Assembly: GCA_963699545.1 (NCBI GenBank)
Contig: CAVOUE010000007.1
Coordinates: 64,183 to 128,182 of the forward strand
Reading direction: 5' to 3'
From: Nitrospirota bacterium
GTDB taxonomy: Bacteria; Nitrospirota; Thermodesulfovibrionia; Thermodesulfovibrionales; UBA9159
Length of the DNA: 64,000 bases
The notes under the pieces are model-generated. The model ran no database searches. It was not told the origin of the DNA and worked only from the letters and a program-made list of their open reading frames with translations. The position numbers and the translations under genes were made by a program. Position 1 is the first letter of the stretch, and each line of letters begins with the position of its first letter. This document shows, piece by piece, positions 34,459 to 45,058 of the stretch.

Positions 34459-35983
34459 ATGCTCCTTCATCACCACTTTATTCACGTAGCAAAAAAACAG
34501 GGAAGAAAACCCGCTTTCATCGATTGCACTTCGAACAAGACGGTCAGCTATTCAAAAGCCCTCACTGCCAGCCTTATCCTTGCGGAGAAATTCAGGAGAC
34601 TCGAAACGGGCTTCACCGGCATCATGATCCCCACCTCTGCCGGGTGCGCCCTTGCATTCCTCAGCGTGCTCATGAGCGGAAGAACGCCGGTGATGATCAA
34701 CTATTCAACGGGAGCGGAAAAGAATGCCCGGTACGCCCAGAGGAAATGCAAATTCAGGACGATCATCACATCACGCGCCCTCCTTGAGAATATCCCGTGC
34801 CGGCCTGTGGAAGGGATGGTCTTCATCGAGGATGTTGTGGGCAAAATATCCTTCGCGGACAAACTGAAGGCGGCGATCATAACGAAGCTTCCTGCCTCCT
34901 TTATCATTAAGAATGTCCACGGCGGGAGCGTGGATGATGACCTCGTCGTCCTTTTTACCAGCGGGAGCGAAAAAGACCCGAAGGCGGTCCAGTTGAGCCA
35001 CCGCAACATCGCATCGAATATCAGGAATTTCAGCAGGGCCATCAGCCTTTCTGACCGGGACGTGATGCTGGCGAACCTTCCCTACTTCCATGTCTTCGGA
35101 CTGACGGTGAACCTCTGGGCTCCCCTCTATCACGGCATGTCCGTGGTCTCGTATGCAAACCCCCTCGATTACAAAACGCTCTGCACCACCATCCGCGAGC
35201 AGAAACCGACCATAATGGTCGGCACTCCCAGCTTCCTCTGGGGATACCTCCGCAAGGCGGATCCGGGGGATTTTGCCAGTGTGCGCCTCGCGCTCTGTGG
35301 CGCTGACAAATGCCCTGAAGTGCTGCGAACCGAATTCCTGGAAAAACACGGGATCATCCTCTACGAGGGCTACGGGAGCACGGAAACATCGCCGGTCATT
35401 GCGGTCAATACCCCGGAGCATAACAGGCCGGGGAGCGTGGGTAAGGTACTGCCCGGCGTCCAGGTCCGTATAGAGAACTACGATTCAGGGGAAGACTGCA
35501 GACCGGGTGAGACCGGCAGGATCATGGTGAACGGCGACCTGGTGATGAAGGGCTACTTCGACGATCTCGAGGAGACGTCCATGCGCATCAGGCACGGCTG
35601 GTACGATACGGGGAGACATGGGATATCTGGATGAGGACCGATACCTCTGGCATGCGGGCAGGCTGAAGAGGTTTGTAAAGATCGGCGGGGAGATGGTTTC
35701 GCTGGTGAGCGTAGAGAACGTTCTGGAGAAACTCCTTGAGGAGAACGTCTCGTGCTGCGTGGTGGAGTTACCCGATGCGTTGAAGGGAGCAAGGATCGTT
35801 GCGGTGGTCACCCGGGAGATCGACGAAAGGAAGACCCTGAAACAGATGGCCGAGCACCTTCCGAATATCGCCCTGCCCAAACAGTTCGTTGTGATGGAAG
35901 AGCTTCCCAAAATGGGAAGCGGGAAGATAGATTTCCGGTCCGTCACTGACATGGTATATGATATGCTGAATAAAGGTCGCTGA
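34459..35983 (+). CDS. AMP-dependent acyl-ACP synthetase (Aas C-domain-like), frameshift near 35612
   Basis: LFTSGSEKDPKAV; YEGYGSTE; GWYDTG/D; GRLKRFVKIGGEMVSL; GSGKID. Confidence 0.9.
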
Positions 35984-36107
35984 TGTGTCCCGCCGGGATT
36001 TCCCGTTTTTTGCATTTTCCCCTCTGACAGTGCTAAACTTTATACTCATGAACATGCAGAGTTGATGGGGCTCTCCCGCCCCGGCTGACTGCATAAGAGA
36101 ACACGAA

Positions 36108-37562
36108 ATGGAACTCCATACCCTCGGCATAGCAGAACTCAGAGAACTCCTTGACCGGAAGGAGATATCGGTCAGGGACGTGGTGGATTCCGTGTACCGC
36201 AGGATCGATGCGGTCGAAAACCGCGTCGGAGCTTTTGTTACCCTCACCAGGGAGAAGGCCCTTGAGATGGCCACCGGTGCGCAGAAAGTCATCGATGAAA
36301 AACGCTCTCTGCCTCTCACGGGCATTCCCCTTGCCATCAAGGACAACATGTGCACGAAGGGTATCCGCACTACATGTTCTTCGAAGATACTTTCGAACTT
36401 TGTCCCTCCTTATGAGAGCACCGTGACATCGAGGTTCCTTGAGCAGGGATACATCTTGACCGGGAAAACGAACATGGACGAATTCGCCATGGGGTCGTCC
36501 ACGGAGAATTCCGGTTTCCATACCACAAAGAATCCCTGGGACATAGAGAGGATCCCCGGGGGAAGCAGCGGAGGGTCCACCACTGCTGTTGCCGCGGATG
36601 AATGCATCGCAGCCTTGGGCTCGGACACCGGGGGGTCGATCAGGCAACCGGCAGCTCTCTGTGGCGTGGTAGGATTAAAGCCAACCTACGGACGGGTGTC
36701 CCGATACGGACTCGTGGCCTTTGCGTCGTCCCTGGATCAGATCGGCCCGATAACCAAGAATGTGAGGGATTCCGCAATCCTGTTGAATGCCATCTCGGGT
36801 CACGACCCTTGTGATTCCACGTCGGCGCCGGTGAGGGTCCCTGATTTCACCGGTGTTCTCGGTCATAACGTCAGGGGGCTGAAGGTCGGTATACCAAAGG
36901 AATACTTTATCGAGGGGATGGACAGGTCGGTGGATTCGTCGGTGAGGAATGCCATAGAGCAACTGCAGTCCCTGGGGGCGGTACCGGTGGAAGTCTCATT
37001 GCCGCACACGGATTATGCCGTGGCAACCTATTACCTTCTCGCGACATCGGAGGCATCATCGAACCTGGCACGGTATGACGGAGTGAAATATGGCGTCAGG
37101 GAGCCAGGCAAGGACCTCCCGGACATGTATATGAATACACGCGCCGGCGGTTTCGGGGCCGAGGTGAAGAGGAGAATAATGCTCGGCACCTATGCGCTCT
37201 CGTCAGGGTACTACGATGCGTATTACCGGAAGGCCCAGCAAGCGCGGACCCTGATCAAGAGGGACTTCGAAGAGGCCTTCAATGCTGTTGATATCATCGC
37301 AACGCCCACCTCTCCCTCTGCCGCGTTCAGGGTGGGAGAAAAGGCGGATGATCCCCTGCAGATGTACCTTTCGGACATCTTTACCATCTCGGTGAACCTG
37401 GCGGGGGTGCCCGGTATCTCGGTTCCCTGCGGTTTCACTCCGGATGACCTTCCCATAGGACTGCAGATCATCGGAAAACACTTTGATGAGGAGACGGTCC
37501 TGAAGGTCGCCTATGCCTATGAGCAGTCGACCGACTGGCATACGAGAAGACCAAAACTGTAG
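36108..37562 (+). CDS. gatA: Glu-tRNA(Gln)/Asp-tRNA(Asn) amidotransferase subunit A
   Basis: [42 protein letters not shown]. Confidence 0.98.
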   Translation: MELHTLGIAELRELLDRKEISVRDVVDSVYRRIDAVENRVGAFVTLTREKALEMATGAQKVIDEKRSLPLTGIPLAIKDNMCTKGIRTTCSSKILSNFVPPYESTVTSRFLEQGYILTGKTNMDEFAMGSSTENSGFHTTKNPWDIERIPGGSSGGSTTAVAADECIAALGSDTGGSIRQPAALCGVVGLKPTYGRVSRYGLVAFASSLDQIGPITKNVRDSAILLNAISGHDPCDSTSAPVRVPDFTGVLGHNVRGLKVGIPKEYFIEGMDRSVDSSVRNAIEQLQSLGAVPVEVSLPHTDYAVATYYLLATSEASSNLARYDGVKYGVREPGKDLPDMYMNTRAGGFGAEVKRRIMLGTYALSSGYYDAYYRKAQQARTLIKRDFEEAFNAVDIIATPTSPSAAFRVGEKADDPLQMYLSDIFTISVNLAGVPGISVPCGFTPDDLPIGLQIIGKHFDEETVLKVAYAYEQSTDWHTRRPKL

Positions 37563-37574
37563 GAGAAGAATCGC

Positions 37575-37727
37575 ATGAATGACCACAGAGACACAGAGGC
37601 ACTGAGTCTGAAAAAAAACAAAAGAATCATGAACAGTTTTACGGCAGGTCATCTTTTCATTGAAGGTATTTTTTCTGTTTCTCTGTGTCTCAGCGCCTCT
37701 GTGGTTAAGGTTCCGGGGTGTTTATGA
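37575..37727 (+). CDS. 50-aa ORF spanning the gatA-gatB repeat insert
   Basis: AGGAG overlaps the gatA stop; [53 protein letters not shown] overlaps the gatB ATG. Confidence 0.45.
   Translation: MNDHRDTEALSLKKNKRIMNSFTAGHLFIEGIFSVSLCLSASVVKVPGCL
37582..37705. repeat. Inverted octamer-unit repeat element (RCRCWGAG units)
   Basis: Left arm accacagag-acacagag-gcactgag (37582-37606); right arm ctctgtgt-ctcagcgc-ctctgtggt (37681-37705); AT-rich spacer. Confidence 0.85.
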
Positions 37728-39154
37728 ACTATGAAGCGGTAATCGGCCTTGAAGTGCATGCGCAGATGCTGACCGGGTCAAAGATCTTCTGCGGGTGCTC
37801 CACGCAGTTCGGTTCCGGTCCCAACAGCCAGACCTGCCCCGTCTGCATAGGAATGCCGGGAGTACTGCCCGTCCTGAACAGGAAGGCCCTGGAATTTGCC
37901 ATCAGGACAGGCCTCGCTACGAACTGCACGATCTCATCTCACAGCAGGTTCGCGCGGAAGAACTACTTCTATCCTGATCTCCCAAAAGGATACCAGATAA
38001 GCCAGTATGAACTCCCTATCTGCGAAAACGGATATATTGACATCATCGCTGAGGGGGAAGCGAAAAGGATCGGGATCACCCGCATCCACATGGAAGAAGA
38101 CGCAGGGAAGAATATCCACGAAGGAGGAGGAGCATACAGCTTTGTGGACCTCAACAGGGCCGGCGTCCCCCTGATGGAAATCGTCTCCGAACCCGATATA
38201 CGGACCCCCGGGCAAGCGTCGGAATACATGAAGAAGCTCAGGACCATCCTGCGTTATCTCCGCGTTTGCGACGGGAACATGGAGCAGGGCTCCCTGCGCT
38301 GCGATGCCAACGTCTCTATACGGCCTGTGGGCCGCCCGGAACTTGGAGTGAAGGTGGAGATGAAGAACATCAACTCCTTCAGGTTCGTCGAAAAAGCCCT
38401 CGAATATGAGATAAAACGACAGATCCGAACTCTTGAAGAAGGGGGGAGGATCATGCAAGAGACAAGGCTCTGGGACCCTTCCACGGGCACAACCCAATCC
38501 ATGCGCTCCAAGGAAGAAGCCCACGATTACCGGTACTTCCCCGAGCCCGACCTTGTACCGATCATGGCCTCCGAGGACTGGATCAAAGGGATAAAAGCGT
38601 CTCTGCCGGAACTGCCCGATGCAAAGAGGACGAGGTTCATCACTGAGTATGGGTTGCCGGAATATGACGCAGACCTCCTGACTGCCGAAAGGTCAACCGC
38701 CGACTGGTTTGAGGCTGCGCTCAAGGCCGGCGGCAACGCCAAGGCGGTATCGAACTGGATGATGGGAGATCTCGCGAGGCTCCTGAACGAAAACAACAGG
38801 ACCATGGAAGAATGTCCGCTCAAACCGGACCAACTGTCCGGGATGATCAAACTCATCGACAGCGGCACCATCAGCGGCAAGATCGCAAAGACCGTATTCG
38901 AAGAGATGTACAGAAGCGGCAAGAGCGCCGGGGAGATCATTAAGGAGAAGGGTCTCATCCAGATAAGCGATACAGGGGCCATAGAGAAGGCCGTTGAAGA
39001 GGTCATCGCGAAGAGTCCGGATGAAGTGGGGCGGTTCAGAGGCGGAGACGAAAAGCTCATGGGCTTCTTTGTGGGTCAGGTGATGAAGGCGACAAAGGGG
39101 AAGGCAAATCCCCAGTTAGTGAATGAGCTGCTGAAGAAAAAGCTTGCCGGCTAG
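37724..39154 (+). CDS. gatB: Amidotransferase subunit B
   Basis: [45 protein letters not shown]. Confidence 0.98.
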   Translation: MNYEAVIGLEVHAQMLTGSKIFCGCSTQFGSGPNSQTCPVCIGMPGVLPVLNRKALEFAIRTGLATNCTISSHSRFARKNYFYPDLPKGYQISQYELPICENGYIDIIAEGEAKRIGITRIHMEEDAGKNIHEGGGAYSFVDLNRAGVPLMEIVSEPDIRTPGQASEYMKKLRTILRYLRVCDGNMEQGSLRCDANVSIRPVGRPELGVKVEMKNINSFRFVEKALEYEIKRQIRTLEEGGRIMQETRLWDPSTGTTQSMRSKEEAHDYRYFPEPDLVPIMASEDWIKGIKASLPELPDAKRTRFITEYGLPEYDADLLTAERSTADWFEAALKAGGNAKAVSNWMMGDLARLLNENNRTMEECPLKPDQLSGMIKLIDSGTISGKIAKTVFEEMYRSGKSAGEIIKEKGLIQISDTGAIEKAVEEVIAKSPDEVGRFRGGDEKLMGFFVGQVMKATKGKANPQLVNELLKKKLAG

Positions 39155-39192
39155 TCCGCCCGGGGGTTACTTCAAGCCGACTTTCACTATTA

Positions 39193-40001
39193 TTAACCTG
39201 ATGTCGTTTTTACCGGTTGTATTGCGAAGCAATCATAGACCACTCTTTCTCCTTGATAGTTGGTGCTGCTACGGCGCACAATACGCCATCCATTCAGTTC
39301 GTGCCAGCTCTTATCGGTAATGGCTGCAGCCAATGTTTCATCATCCTTTGTGAGATCGGCCAGTTCCGGATTCTGTGTCAGAACTACAGTCCTGATTCCG
39401 GGTCCGGCGATAATCATAAGGGGCTCAATCATCATATTTTCCAGCTCCGGAGAGCCTATTGGGGGCTACAGCAGCACGTGCCTTCAATTGAATCATCCGA
39501 GCTCGTGTATCAGGTCCTGAATCCTCCATGGCAAAATGCGCCATGTCCAGCAGTCTCAGACGAACGGCATTCAGATCCTCTATCTGTTCAAGGTCTCTGG
39601 ATTCCGGATGCTTTCCTATCACTTTGACAAGCGTTGAAACCTCTTTCAAATACGGGCTTCTCTGGTTGTCCGGAACCAGGAACATGATGATCAGCCGGAC
39701 CAGATGGCTCACCTGGTTTCCCGTAATCTATGCCCAGCAGGACTCCATCCGATAGCGAACACAGCAATTCACCATCGAACGAGACCGGGGCATGCGGGCA
39801 AGCCCAGCCTGTTCCCAGTGATGTATTGGAAACGCTCTCACGGGACAGGACAGCTCCTACGATATCGGTTCCGGCCGGAACAGACGGGACAGCTTCCAGC
39901 AGGCTCGCCAGGACCTCAAAGGCATCTTTTTTGTCATTGTCCGGCAATTCGATTACCCGGCCATCTTCCAAGGCCTGAAGAATAGTATGCAGCATTTTCA
40001 T
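39193..40001 (-). CDS. PTS EIIA (Ntr/fructose-type) domain protein with C-terminal extension, several frameshifts
   Basis: DKKDAFEVLA..SRESVSNTSLGTGWACPHA; start overlaps the mgtA stop. Confidence 0.75.
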
Positions 40002-42670
40002 TCACCTCCGAATTTTTTAAAGAACCACTTCTTTACGTTATGTGTAAGTACGCTGTATGTAAACAGAAACGCTCGCGATCCAGCCCCAGTAACTCAGCGG
40101 CAGCGGAACAAAACCGAAGGTCGCCGCAAAGGGCGAGTAAGGAAGCCAGGCGCCGATCGGCCATGACAGTGAGCGTGGTCAACGTCATGGGCAGTGAGGC
40201 GCGGCTCTGAATAAAGGGCAGACGTTTGGTGCGGATGATGTGGACGATGAGCGTCTGCGTGAGAAGTGATTCTACAAACCAACCGGTCTGGAAGAGCTGT
40301 GCATGAACCTAGCTGGCCGGCCTGCCCTTCGGCACGTACAGAGAAAGGCCCGGCTATTAAAAAAGAACCACATCAGGGCGAAGGTCGCATAGTCAAAGAT
40401 CGAGCTGATCGGACCGATGAAGATCATGAACCATTTTATCGTTGCCAATATCCCATTTGCGAGGTCGTGCAATCTGCTCTTCATCCACATTATCGGTCGG
40501 GATGCCGGTCTGGGAGAAGTCATAGAGCAGGTTGTTCAGCAGAATCTGGATAGGCTGCATCGGCAGAAACGGCAGCAGGTAGCTGGCCCCGAGCACGCTG
40601 AACATATTGCCGAAATTTGAACTCGCCCCCATGCGGATGTATTTGATGATATTGGAGAAGACCTTTCGTCCCTCCAAAATTCCGTCTTCAAGAACCAAAA
40701 GGCTCATTTCCAGAAGCACAATGTCGGCGGACTCCTTGGCCACATCTACGGCCGAGTCCACTGAAATCCCCACATCTGCCGCGCGCAGGGCCGGAGCGTC
40801 ATTGATGCCGTCACCCATATAGCCAACAACATGCCCGCTCTGACGCAGCGATTCAATGACCAGCTCTTTTTGAAGCGGTGACAGCTTCACCAGCACATTC
40901 GCCTCGATGACAGCAGCATGAGGAAAGCTCTTCCTGGCTCATGCGACCCAATTCCTCTCCGGTCACAATGCGATCGGACCTCTAAGCCCACATCGCGGCA
41001 GATTTTGCCGGTCACCAGCGCGTTGTCGCCGGTGAGGATCTTGACCTGTACCCCTGTTTCCTTCAGCAGCTTGAGCGCCTTGGCCGACGAGTCCTTGGGA
41101 GGGTCGAGGAAGGCGATATACCCGAGGAGGACCAGGCTGCTTCATCTTGGGCGGTAAAGCGTGTCTGCTCGCGGGGAAACTCCCTGTAGGCAATGGCGAG
41201 ACATCGGTAGCCCTCGTTGTTTAAACGGGCGACTTCTTCAAAAAGATCATCTCTGATCATGTCGATCAACGGATAAATCTCCTCATCCAACTGGTAGTGA
41301 TCGCAGCAGGCATAGATCTCTTCGACCGCGCCCTTGCAGATGAGGACGTGGTCGCCCTCAAACTCCACCACAACAGACATGCGCCTGCGTTGAAAATCAA
41401 AGGGCAGCTCATCCACCAGGCGACAGTGCGTCTCGACATCGAATTCGCTGATGTTCAAGAACCGCCCTGTCCAAGAGGTTGCGGAGTCCTGTCTGATAAT
41501 AGCTGTTCAGGTAGGCGTAGCGCAGGACGCTTTCGCTCTCCTCTCCTGTGACATCTACGTGCTTCTTCAGAATGACGCGGTCCTGGGTCAGGGTCCCTGT
41601 CTTGTCCGTGCAGAGTATGTCTATGGCGCCGAAATTCTGTATGGCGGACAGCCTTTTGACAATCACCTTTTTCCGGGACATGCGAGATAGCACCCTTTTG
41701 CCAGGTTTACCGTGACTATCATCGGCAGCATTTCCGGAGTCAGGCCTACGGCAACCGCGAGCCCGAAGAGAAGGGCCTCCAGCCAGTTTCCCTTTGTCAG
41801 GCCGACGATCATAAAGCAGAAAAAACCATGATCACCATGAACCTGATCATGAGCCATGTGAAGGATTTTACCCCTTTGTCAAAGCTGGTTTCATTGGCCC
41901 TGTCCGCAAGCCGCTCTGCGATGGCCCCGAAAAATGTACGGCTGCCGGTGTTTACCACCAGACCGCGGGCTGACCCGCTGCTCACGCTGCTGCCCTGGAA
42001 GCAGGCATTACTGAATTCAAGCAGTGTCGCCCCCCGTTTCCGGAGACTTCCGCGCTCTTTTCCACAGGCATGGACTCACCGGTAAGAGTGGACTGGCTGA
42101 CAAAGAAATCCTTCGCGGAAAGAAGGCGCAGATCGGCCGGTATGATTGAGCCCGCATTAAGCAGCACGATATCGCCGGGAACCAGCTCAGCCAAGGGAAG
42201 CTCAGTCTCCTTGCCGTCTCTCAAAACCATTGCGCGAGACTGAACCCGCCTGCCGAGCGTTTCGACTGCCCGGCTTGAACGCCGGTCCAGCACATACGAT
42301 AACCCAACGCTCAACAGAATCATGACACTCACGATGAATCGTCGATTTGAGCTCTCCGATTATGGCAGAGACAACTGCAATCACGAGAAGCTGGATAACA
42401 AGAGGGCTCATGAGCCGCCGCAGGATATCCTGAAGAAAATTCAGCCGTCTGGTTTGGGATATCTCGTTGCGCCCGTATTTCTCCAGCAGTCGCGTCGCTT
42501 CTTCCGCACTTAATCCACTGTCGTTGCTGCCCATAATCTGAATAGCCTCGGTCGCCGTGGCTGAGCAGACTTCCAGAAGTCGCTTTTCGTCCTCGGTGCG
42601 GGCATGAGGAGTAGCTCGCCATACTGCGAATCCAGGAGGGCATAAAGAAGTCATAGAGAAATTTAAACAT
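39998..42670 (-). CDS. mgtA: Magnesium-translocating P-type ATPase, many frameshifts
   Basis: [69 protein letters not shown]. Confidence 0.92.
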
Positions 42671-42848
42671 TATCGCCTCCCATACCGGCATCAGGCGAAT
42701 GGTGAAGAGAGGGCCGCTTTATGGAAATAATATTTCCGGTGAGAAAGTTGTTCGACGCAGGAAGCTCTTTACGGTACCTGCAATGTGCTTCCAGGCCGTC
42801 ATGGGAGATGGTGCTCAAGGGCACTGGGTATAATATCTGGTTTTTCAT
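42663..42848 (-). CDS. Small ORF (61 aa) overlapping the mgtA start
   Basis: GAGGTG RBS before MKNQILYP; stop lies inside the first mgtA codons. Confidence 0.4.
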   Translation of the reverse strand: MKNQILYPVPLSTISHDGLEAHCRYRKELPASNNFLTGNIISIKRPSLHHSPDAGMGGDNV

Positions 42849-42910
42849 GATTCACCTCTATAACGGCCGCAAAGGTTCAGGCGGCCGGAGGCGAATCGCT
42901 CAAAGAGGGA

Positions 42911-43039
42911 TCAGAGAGAGGAGCAATTCAACGCGGCAGCCGCATTGATGAACCAACGCGGGCCAGGTTCTTCTTGTTCTGTTTGATTTAGACTTTCTTG
43001 ACTGCTGTGCTGGCTGCTACTGCCCTCAGGGCTATCCAT
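42911..43039 (-). CDS. Small ORF (42 aa)
   Basis: AGGAGG-aaagt-ATG; MDSPEGSSSQHSSQESLNQTEQEEPGPRWFINAAAALNCSSL*. Confidence 0.4.
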   Translation of the reverse strand: MDSPEGSSSQHSSQESLNQTEQEEPGPRWFINAAAALNCSSL

Positions 43040-43269
43040 ACTTTCCTCCTGTATTAATTTTCATTCCAAATGGACCATTATCCGTTCACACGTCGCATAT
43101 TATAGACCATTCTGCGCATTTTTGTTAAGCAATAAGTCCTATGCCTTAGGCAAGTAATGAATTATAGGGGTGATTCACTGTTGTCTGCAGAACATCTTAG
43201 AGGGAGAAACTTACATTCGCAATTTGATTTCGCTTCCCTTGATGTGGTGAACCAGCAAAAGACAGGTAT

Positions 43270-43833
43270 TTATCTCTTTGACTTCCAGACGACGTAGGCC
43301 CTCTGGGCCACGGTGACGTGGGTAAGGACGAACATCACGCAGAGCACCGGCGTAAACCATCCGGTGAATGCAGCGACGATCAGGAGGATGATCCTTTCGG
43401 GTCTTTCCATTATCCCCACATGGCTGTTGACGCCGAGACCCTCTCCCCGCGCCCGCGCATAACTGACAAGGAGCGCGCCCACCATTGTGCCGATGCTCAG
43501 GAATGCACCGGTATGGTCTCCCTTTCCGGCCAGATACCACGCTATGGAAAGAAAGAGGAAGGCATCGGAATACCGGTCAAGGAGAGAATCGAGGAAGGCG
43601 CCGAAGCTGGTTGCCCTGCCGTTCACCCTGGCGAGGATGCCGTCGCACATGTCACAGAGCCCACCGAGAAGGATCAGTAATCCCCCGAGCCTCGGATTTG
43701 AGGGGAGAACCAGGGCGGCGACGGCAGTGACCACAAAACCTGCCACAGTGAGGATATTGGGATTGAACGTGAACTTTCTTGCTACAGGAGTGAGAGGTTT
43801 ATCGAGAAAATGACCGAACCGGGCGCTCAGCAA
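43270..43833 (-). CDS. CDP-alcohol phosphatidyltransferase
   Basis: PNILT; DMCDGILAR..FGAFLDSLLDRYSD; VSYARARGE; GIMERPER. Confidence 0.93.
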   Translation of the reverse strand: MLSARFGHFLDKPLTPVARKFTFNPNILTVAGFVVTAVAALVLPSNPRLGGLLILLGGLCDMCDGILARVNGRATSFGAFLDSLLDRYSDAFLFLSIAWYLAGKGDHTGAFLSIGTMVGALLVSYARARGEGLGVNSHVGIMERPERIILLIVAAFTGWFTPVLCVMFVLTHVTVAQRAYVVWKSKR

Positions 43834-43836
43834 CCC

Positions 43837-44836
43837 TCATCTCTCCCTTTTCCCTGTAATGAACTCCTCCACCATGTCACGTGCCTCTTCGTCGGAGAAC
43901 TGCTCTATGGGGTGTTTCATGAAGTATGATGAGGGAGAGATAAGCACGCCTCCCACCTTTCTGTCCCGTGCGATCTTGCAGCACCTGATGGCATCGATCA
44001 CCACTCCCGCGCTGTTGGGAGAATCTTCCACGGAAAGCCTCAGCTCGATATTGATCGGTATATGGCCGAACCCCCTCCCTTCCATTCTTAAGAAACATAC
44101 CTTGTTGTCATGGAGCCACGGGATATAATCGGAGGGACCGATATGAACGTTCTCCTTGTCAAGGGGTCTATGGAGCTGTGACTGCACCGCTTCTGTCTTG
44201 GATATCTTCTTGGACTTCAGCCTGCCGTTGTTGAGCATATTAAGAAAATCCGTGTTCCCCCCTACGTTGAGCTGATAGGTGCTGTCCAGCTTTACCCCCC
44301 TGTCCTCAAAGAGCCTGGTCAGGGTCCGGTGGATGATGGTCGCGCCGATCTGACTCTTGACATCGTCCCCTATGACCGGGATCCTTTTCTCGGCAAATCG
44401 CTTCGCCCACGCCGCATTAGAAGCGATAAAGACAGGAACACAGTTAATGAACCCGACCCCCGCCTTCAGACAGGCCTCGGCATAGAATGCCGTGGCCCTC
44501 TCAGAACCCACAGGCATGTAACTTACCAACATGTCAGCCCCTGACCGCCTCAGAAGCTCAGGGATAGAAGAAGGCTTACGCTCAGCGATGATAAATCTCC
44601 GGTCGTCGGGATAATCCTTCATGTGAGGTGCAAGGCCGTCAAGCACCTCGCCCATCTGGACCCTCACCGGATAATCGGAGATCCGGGGGTTGAATATCTT
44701 CGTGCAGTTCGGCTTCGCGAAGACCGCTTCCTTCAGCGGCCTGCCGACCTTTCTCCTGTCGATATCGATTGCAGCAACGAACTCAATATCAGAGGGCTTG
44801 TATCCTCCCAGGTCATGATGCATCAGGCCGTAGATC
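43837..44836 (-). CDS. ino1: myo-Inositol-1-phosphate synthase, 5' end lost at the fragment junction
   Basis: GLMHHDLGGY; GDDVKSQIGATI; YQLNVGGNTDFLNM; EDSPNSAG; N-terminal Rossmann motif missing. Confidence 0.93.
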
Positions 44837-44837
44837 C

Positions 44838-44924
44838 CAAATTAATTGTTTTAGTCCGTTTATCACTAGCACTTATTTTACTTCTAATAGAAGCCGCTAC
44901 ACGAATAACATAACTCTGGCTCAT
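44838..44924 (-). CDS. 5' stub of a hypothetical gene cut by the junction
   Basis: TGcTATAAT promoter and AAGGA RBS, then MSQSYVIRVAASIRSKISASDKRTKTINL.. Confidence 0.45.
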
Positions 44925-45058
44925 AATTTATCCTTTTATTATTATAGCATAAAATTACTTAAGTCAAAGATATTTAAAAAATCCAGATAATAGCTGTTTA
45001 TAAAATTCAGCGAACAAATAATACAACCAATAGACGCTAATTATGATATAATCTGCAT

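Noticed and set aside
36000-36107. Missing gatC as a novelty
   Set aside because: gatC is often encoded elsewhere; this cannot be judged from one window.
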